From the IMG/VR virus record IMGVR_UViG_3300044797_000098, positions 342,471-406,470 of that record: a stretch of 64,000 bases of DNA. One strand, 5' to 3'. The number at the start of each line of letters is the position of its first letter. Within the stretch, counting starts at the first letter, position 1. The notes beneath the pieces were generated by a model. It did no database searches, was not told the origin of the DNA, and saw only the letters and a program-made list of their open reading frames with translations. Positions 63,798 through 64,000 of the stretch are shown piece after piece. Position numbers and translations under genes: made by a program.

Positions 63798-63888
63798 TCC
63801 TCTATTTCAATAATAGATATGTATCAATTTTCTTTTCATCAAAATACATAAAACCTTTTAATGCGAAAACAAAATTACGATCTTTGAT

Positions 63889-64000
63889 AGCCGAAAGCCA
63901 ACGACTTTAGTCGTTGGATGAAGGCGTCTATGTTTCTTATCGAAAAAAAATGTTAGATACTTGACAAAATCTATGCATAATGATATATAGTTGTCAGAGG
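63889..64000 (+). mobile_element. IS200/IS605-family left end; element continues beyond the window
   Basis: TTGAT (63884-63888) followed by hairpin CCAACGAC-TTTA-GTCGTTGG and an inward TTGACA-17nt-TATATA promoter; interrupts a minus-strand gene ending KIDTYLLLK*. Confidence 0.7.

Overview
This window looks like the early/accessory region of a large (jumbo-type) dsDNA phage. It is AT-rich, uses the standard genetic code, and is packed with mostly small minus-strand ORFs driven by about 18 near-consensus sigma70-type promoters. No virion or replication core genes are present. Recognisable genes are a 5'-3' exonuclease, glutamyl-tRNA synthetase (gltX), a stand-alone IleRS C-terminal domain, LAGLIDADG and GIY-YIG homing endonucleases, a NucS-like nuclease, a PLP aminotransferase, a Zn deaminase, an M50 peptidase, a T4-type RNA ligase with a metallophosphoesterase, a kinase-like protein, an OmpA-family protein, and the NAD salvage pair nadV/natV. 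The most unusual content is non-coding. (i) An operon with its own promoter carries three tRNA-Glu mimics (33523-33775). They keep the GluRS D-helix identity set, but the anticodon loop is replaced by a 7-bp stem plus UUCG/UUAG tetraloop and the canonical D- and T-loop motifs are lost, in a genome that encodes its own GluRS. (ii) A 159-nt tRNA-shaped RNA has a multi-hairpin insert in place of the anticodon arm. (iii) Several other intergenic structured RNA candidates occur, and five hairpins share an AAAGC pentaloop. The window also has several paralog families with variable N-termini and conserved C-termini, most ending in a common hydrophobic tail, plus two IS200/IS605-type end remnants. All family assignments come from motif recognition by eye; no database search or folding program was run.
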